Below are positions 59,777 through 64,000 of a stretch of DNA of 64,000 nucleotides, in pieces. The notes beneath the pieces were generated by a model. The model was not told where the DNA came from, made no database searches, and saw nothing but the letters and a program-made list of their open reading frames with translations. The first letter of the stretch is position 1. Every line of letters begins with the position of its first letter. This DNA comes from Citrobacter freundii. GTDB taxonomy: Bacteria; Bacteroidota; Bacteroidia; Chitinophagales; Chitinophagaceae. A program made the translations under genes and the position numbers. The stretch spans positions 24,556 to 88,555 of the forward strand of contig QFQQ01000018.1 of NCBI GenBank assembly GCA_003243445.1. Reading direction: 5' to 3'.

Positions 59777-61615
59777 ATGTGTGGAATCGCCGGCTCTGTC
59801 AATCAGAAGTTAGACATCCCCCTGCTGACACGCTGTTTATATCACCGTGGCCCGGATGCACAGCAGACTTTTGAACAGGATCATCTGCAATTACATCATC
59901 ACCGTCTTGCTATCGTTGATATAGCAGGAGGCCATCAACCCATGCATTACCGGGAACTGACGATCATTTTTAACGGAGAGATCTACAATCATCTTGATGT
60001 AAGAAAAGAGATGTCACTTGCCTGTGAATCCAGCTCCGATACCGAAACTATCCTCCACGCCTATTACAGATCGGGAGTACAATGTTTTGAAAAATTTGAT
60101 GGAATGTTTGCCCTGGCCATCTATGACCGGAGGAATAACTCGATCGTGCTGGGCCGCGACCGTGCAGGAAAAAAGCCTTTGTATTACTACAGTAATGGAA
60201 ATCGCTTTGTGTTTGCAAGCGAACTGAATGCATTGCGCCAGCAGCTGGATCTGTCCATCAATGAACAGCATATCCAGCAATATATCCGCATGGGGTATTT
60301 TTACAAATCATCGACTCCATACCAGGATATAACTGAACTACCTGCAGGCTCTTATGCTACTGTGCCGCTGGACAAGCCCGTTCCGCAGATCAAAAAATGG
60401 TGGAATATCCATACGTTCTATAAGCGCCATTCCTCCGATACGTTGGAACAGGCATTGGCAACAACAGACGCCTTACTGCATAAGGCTGTTAAAACGAGGG
60501 TTGAGTCTTCAGACCTTGAGGTTGGTTCATTTCTCAGCGGCGGGATCGATAGCGGGATCGTGTCTGCGATCGCAACAGAATACAACAGCAGGCTTCAGAC
60601 TTTCACCGTTTCATTCGATGGTGAATACGATGAAGCTCCGCTGGCAAAACTGGTAGCAGAAAGATATGGAACGCGGCATCATGAGATACGCATTTCCTTC
60701 GATCACCTGCTGAATGATATTGAAACAATTCTCTCCAACTATGGAGAGCCATTTTTTGACAGCTCAGCCATCCCAAGTTATTACGTAAGCCGCGAGGCAA
60801 AAAAACATTTGACCGTTATCCTGAATGGAGATGGCGGCGATGAACTGTTTGGCGGATACAGACGGTATGTCCCTTTCCTGAAATATGATTTTCTGAATCC
60901 TGCCCCGCCATTACGCGCGCTCGCTGGTCTGGCCAATAAGTTCCTTCCGGTACCGCATAATAAAAAAAGCCGTTACAATTATATTTACAGGTTGATAGAT
61001 ATGACCCGCAAAAAAGGATTGGATACATATCTCTCCGCCACGATCGACAGCTTTGAAGGATTTGATCAGAACCTGATCACAGATAATGATTACCTGAAAG
61101 AAGTGGAAGATGATTTTGCGGAAATGAACCGGTCCGGCCTTTCCGGTTTAAAAAAGATCATGAATCTCGACTTTGATAATATTCTTGCCGGTAACCTGCT
61201 CGTTAAAATGGATATCGCTACGATGGCTCATTCGTTAGAGGGACGCAGCCCTTTACTCAGTAAAGGCGTACTCGAATATCTGCCTTCATTGCCTGATGAA
61301 TATAAGATCAAAGGTGCGCAAACAAAATTCCTGCTCCGCAAGCTTTCCGAAAAATACCTCCCTGCAGAGCTTATCAATCAACCCAAAAGAGGTTTTGAAA
61401 TTCCACTGAAAAAATGGATCGATGGAGAGCTGAAACAACTTATCGGAGATTATCTTTTTTCCACCAGCGCTTATTCTGCAAACTATATTCAACCTGGTTT
61501 TCTGAATGACCTATGGAACAGGAAGATCCGTTGCAGTGATGAGAAAAGGGCAAAAATGCTCTGGACCATTTTTGCGTTGGAGGTCTGGTATAAAAAATGC
61601 TACAAAATCAATTGA
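59777..61615 (+). CDS. Asparagine synthase (glutamine-hydrolysing)-family amidotransferase, copy 2
   Basis: MCGIAGS and SGGIDSG. Confidence 0.85.
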   Translation: MCGIAGSVNQKLDIPLLTRCLYHRGPDAQQTFEQDHLQLHHHRLAIVDIAGGHQPMHYRELTIIFNGEIYNHLDVRKEMSLACESSSDTETILHAYYRSGVQCFEKFDGMFALAIYDRRNNSIVLGRDRAGKKPLYYYSNGNRFVFASELNALRQQLDLSINEQHIQQYIRMGYFYKSSTPYQDITELPAGSYATVPLDKPVPQIKKWWNIHTFYKRHSSDTLEQALATTDALLHKAVKTRVESSDLEVGSFLSGGIDSGIVSAIATEYNSRLQTFTVSFDGEYDEAPLAKLVAERYGTRHHEIRISFDHLLNDIETILSNYGEPFFDSSAIPSYYVSREAKKHLTVILNGDGGDELFGGYRRYVPFLKYDFLNPAPPLRALAGLANKFLPVPHNKKSRYNYIYRLIDMTRKKGLDTYLSATIDSFEGFDQNLITDNDYLKEVEDDFAEMNRSGLSGLKKIMNLDFDNILAGNLLVKMDIATMAHSLEGRSPLLSKGVLEYLPSLPDEYKIKGAQTKFLLRKLSEKYLPAELINQPKRGFEIPLKKWIDGELKQLIGDYLFSTSAYSANYIQPGFLNDLWNRKIRCSDEKRAKMLWTIFALEVWYKKCYKIN

Positions 61616-61637
61616 CTGTTTTCCGCAAATTTTATTG

Positions 61638-62795
61638 ATGCCGAAACTCGTTCGAATAACCACCGCTCCGATCTCTTTAAAATATCTTCTCCGAAAGCAG
61701 ATGAGCTATATGCAGGAACACGGCTTTGACGTGCTTATGGTAAGCAGTGATGGCCCTGAACTCCCTGATGTAATTGCGTATGAAAAATGCCGTCATATCA
61801 TTATTCCCATGACCAGGAAGATGACGCCGTTTACCGATCTGAAATGTCTATGGCAACTATACCGGTTGTTCAAAAAAGAAAAGCCTGATATCGTTCATTC
61901 TCATACGCCCAAAGCAGGTTTGCTGGCAATGCTTGCAGCAAGAATGGCGGGTGTGAAACTGCGCATCCATACCATTGCCGGTCTTCGCTTTATGACTGTT
62001 ACCGGCAAGACGAGAAAGATACTCGTGGCAATGGAAAAACTAACGATGAAATGCGCGACGAATGTTTGGCCAAATAGTTTTTCCCTCCGGGATTACATTA
62101 TTGAACAGAAATTATCGGATACGGCAAAACTGGAGGTTATTGCCAAAGGCACCAGCAACGGTATCGATCTGCGACGTTTTGATCCTGCAAAGCTGGACGC
62201 AACAAAAATGGCAGAGATCAGGCAGCTGATCCGCTATGAGGCCGATTGTATTTACCTGGTCAATGTCGGCCGCATCGTACGGGATAAGGGTATTGAAGAG
62301 CTGGTTTCGGTATTTACAAAATTGTACGAAACGAACGACCGGCTCCGCCTTGTGCTTGTTGGTGCGTTCGAAGATGAAGTGGATCCGGTTGCTGACTATA
62401 CACGCAACATTATCCATCATCATCCGGGCATTATATTGCCAGGTTGGAGCGATAGTGTGGAATATTATATGAGCCAGGCTTTTGCGCTGGTTCACCCTTC
62501 ACACAGGGAAGGTTTCCCGAATGTGCTGCTGCAGGCCGGCGCCATGGGCTGCCCGGTGATCTGCTCAAAGATCGAGGGGAATATAGATATCGTAGATCAT
62601 GATCAGACCGGTCTGATCTTCGAAATGAAGAACGAAGCAGAACTGGAAGACCGGCTGAAATATGCGCTGGCCAATCCTGACGTAATGAAAGAAATGGCAG
62701 CCGCACTTCAGCACAAAGTTCATCAGTTCTTTAATCAGCCGAGTGTGCATAAAGCCATGCACGACCGGTATCTTGAATTGCTGGCTAAGAAATAA
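61638..62795 (+). CDS. GT4-family glycosyltransferase
   Basis: GT-B motifs (EGFPNVLLQAGAMGCPVI). The start was chosen at MPKLVRI; the ORF opens at 61506. Confidence 0.75.
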   Translation: MPKLVRITTAPISLKYLLRKQMSYMQEHGFDVLMVSSDGPELPDVIAYEKCRHIIIPMTRKMTPFTDLKCLWQLYRLFKKEKPDIVHSHTPKAGLLAMLAARMAGVKLRIHTIAGLRFMTVTGKTRKILVAMEKLTMKCATNVWPNSFSLRDYIIEQKLSDTAKLEVIAKGTSNGIDLRRFDPAKLDATKMAEIRQLIRYEADCIYLVNVGRIVRDKGIEELVSVFTKLYETNDRLRLVLVGAFEDEVDPVADYTRNIIHHHPGIILPGWSDSVEYYMSQAFALVHPSHREGFPNVLLQAGAMGCPVICSKIEGNIDIVDHDQTGLIFEMKNEAELEDRLKYALANPDVMKEMAAALQHKVHQFFNQPSVHKAMHDRYLELLAKK

Positions 62796-62821
62796 AATCG
62801 CGTAAGCAAAACACAGAACAG

Positions 62822-63493
62822 ATGTCCGGAAACAACTATCAGCTCTCCGTTCTTTTTCTTTGTAAAAAGGAGAACAGCTATGCGCAGCGGGCCGCCGGCT
62901 GGCTGGCAGAGCATTTCCCCAACGCGCTTATTTTTTCCGCTGACCGCACAGAACCACTTCCGGATCATGTACTGAACTGGTCCGGTGATGTGATCATTTC
63001 CTTTATCTCGTCCTGGGTTCTACCCGCCGCCCTTCTGGAGCGCGCACGAATTGCGGCGATAAATTTTCATCCGGGAAGTCCTGACTATCCGGGTACTGGA
63101 TGCACAAATTTTGCGTTATATAATGGCGCAACGGAATATGGCGTTACCTGCCACTATATGAAGGCAACCGTTGATACCGGTGATATTATCAGGGTTTCGC
63201 GTTTTCCTTTGCAGCCATCCGATACGGTGTATGATGTCACCATGCACTGCTATGATCTGATCGAACAACTTTTCTATGAGATCATGGAAAAACTGGGAAA
63301 AGGGGAAGAATTGCCGGTGTCAGGCGAAAAATGGACACGCAAAGCCTATACACGCAAAGAATTGAATGAGCTTTGCGAAATAAAACCGGATATGCCGGAA
63401 GAAGAAATTGAAAGACGTATCAGGGCTACAACGTATGAAAAACCATGGGCCTTTGTGCGTATAGCAAACAGGATTTTTAAATTGCAACCTTAA
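62822..63493 (+). CDS. Formyltransferase-family protein (sugar N-formyltransferase-like)
   Basis: INFHPGSPDYPG formyl_trans_N motif. Confidence 0.65.
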   Translation: MSGNNYQLSVLFLCKKENSYAQRAAGWLAEHFPNALIFSADRTEPLPDHVLNWSGDVIISFISSWVLPAALLERARIAAINFHPGSPDYPGTGCTNFALYNGATEYGVTCHYMKATVDTGDIIRVSRFPLQPSDTVYDVTMHCYDLIEQLFYEIMEKLGKGEELPVSGEKWTRKAYTRKELNELCEIKPDMPEEEIERRIRATTYEKPWAFVRIANRIFKLQP

Positions 63494-63502
63494 CTGATTA
63501 AT

Positions 63503-64000
63503 ATGCTGCAGGAACTTACCTTACGCAAATCTGTAAGTCCGCTTACAGGTCAGGAATATGAGATACCGGAAAACCCTTCCGATAAGCAGGGGATCGATGA
63601 ATTCATCGCATTGCATCCCGGAAAAAAAGTGGTGATTGTCCAGGGACTTGGTTTTGTCGGTGCCGTAATGAGCCTCGTGGTGGCAAACGCCCTGACCGAA
63701 GAATATGCGGTGATTGGAATCGATCTTCCTTCACCCGGTTCCTGGTGGAAGATCAGATCCATCAATGAAGGCATCTTCCCCGTGATCGCTGATGATCCCA
63801 AGATCGGGATCTTTTACAGACAGGCAAGAGAGAAAAAGAACCTGTACGCAACATTCGATCCGTATGCTTACAGCAAAGCAGATGTGATCGTGGTGGATAT
63901 CAACCTCGACGTACAAAAGCAATCCGTGGAGAATGGCGAGCTGAGGGGTTTTGACGTGGATCTTACTCCATTCAAAAAAGCGATCGGCAGCATCGGTGAT
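63503..64000 (+). CDS. UDP-sugar dehydrogenase family protein (UDP-ManNAc/GlcNAc dehydrogenase-like), partial at window end
   Basis: N-terminal Rossmann VVIVQGLGFVGAVMS. No stop before 64000. Confidence 0.7.
   Translation, partial: MLQELTLRKSVSPLTGQEYEIPENPSDKQGIDEFIALHPGKKVVIVQGLGFVGAVMSLVVANALTEEYAVIGIDLPSPGSWWKIRSINEGIFPVIADDPKIGIFYRQAREKKNLYATFDPYAYSKADVIVVDINLDVQKQSVENGELRGFDVDLTPFKKAIGSIGD

Overview
The window reads as a Bacteroidota chromosome segment. The evidence is lipoprotein signal peptides, a UpxY-type NusG antiterminator at the head of a polysaccharide locus, TAnnTTTG-type -7 promoter boxes, and almost no Shine-Dalgarno sequences. Left to right, with approximate positions:

- 1-1222: a partial APH-like kinase on the minus strand, running off the 5' edge, whose C-terminus resembles the RapZ C-terminal domain.
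- 1.4-5.5 kb: the fused isobutyryl-CoA mutase IcmF (B12 domain, MeaB GTPase, mutase barrel) and a DUF421 membrane protein.
- 5.8-10.4 kb: a DJ-1/PfpI protein, a lipoprotein N-acetylmuramoyl-L-alanine amidase, and a large GH63-like six-hairpin glycosidase.
- 10.5-13.7 kb: an AraC regulator placed divergently from an aldehyde dehydrogenase plus DUF779 pair.
- 16-23.7 kb: a DNA-damage style cluster of umuDC, two tandem 2H (LigT-like) phosphoesterase paralogs, a SplB-like radical SAM protein, an unknown protein, and the TIGR03916 radical SAM plus DUF4130 pair.
- 24.2-27 kb: a lipoprotein, a membrane protein that overlaps a HisKA_3 kinase and is probably split from it at an A6 run, and a NarL-type response regulator.
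- 27-31.4 kb: the least ordinary region. It holds two tiny terminator-bounded ORFs, a cluster of four tRNAs (Gln, a degenerate His-like, Met, Phe), a DUF458 protein, an AAA+ ATPase with an unknown N-domain, a very basic 248-aa protein, two orphan tRNA T-arm remnants, and a GC-rich structured noncoding stretch with three tandem 25-bp hairpin repeats.
- 31.4-35.9 kb: an SPFH protein with a triplicated N-terminal module, then two polymerase-beta-type nucleotidyltransferases followed by RtcB.
- 36-37.4 kb: two small ORFs bracketed by copies of a dispersed palindromic repeat that has a third copy at 6.5 kb.
- 38.8-64 kb: a capsule/EPS locus. Its genes are UpxY, Wza, Wzc, an epimerase, rfbBA, Wzx, a GT11 fucosyltransferase, three GT4 glycosyltransferases, a GT2, two methyltransferases, a Wzy-like polymerase, two AsnB-type amidotransferases, a formyltransferase, and a partial UDP-sugar dehydrogenase at the edge.

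No CRISPR array, integrase or transposase was seen. All calls come from reading the sequence and the ORF translations; no database search was run.
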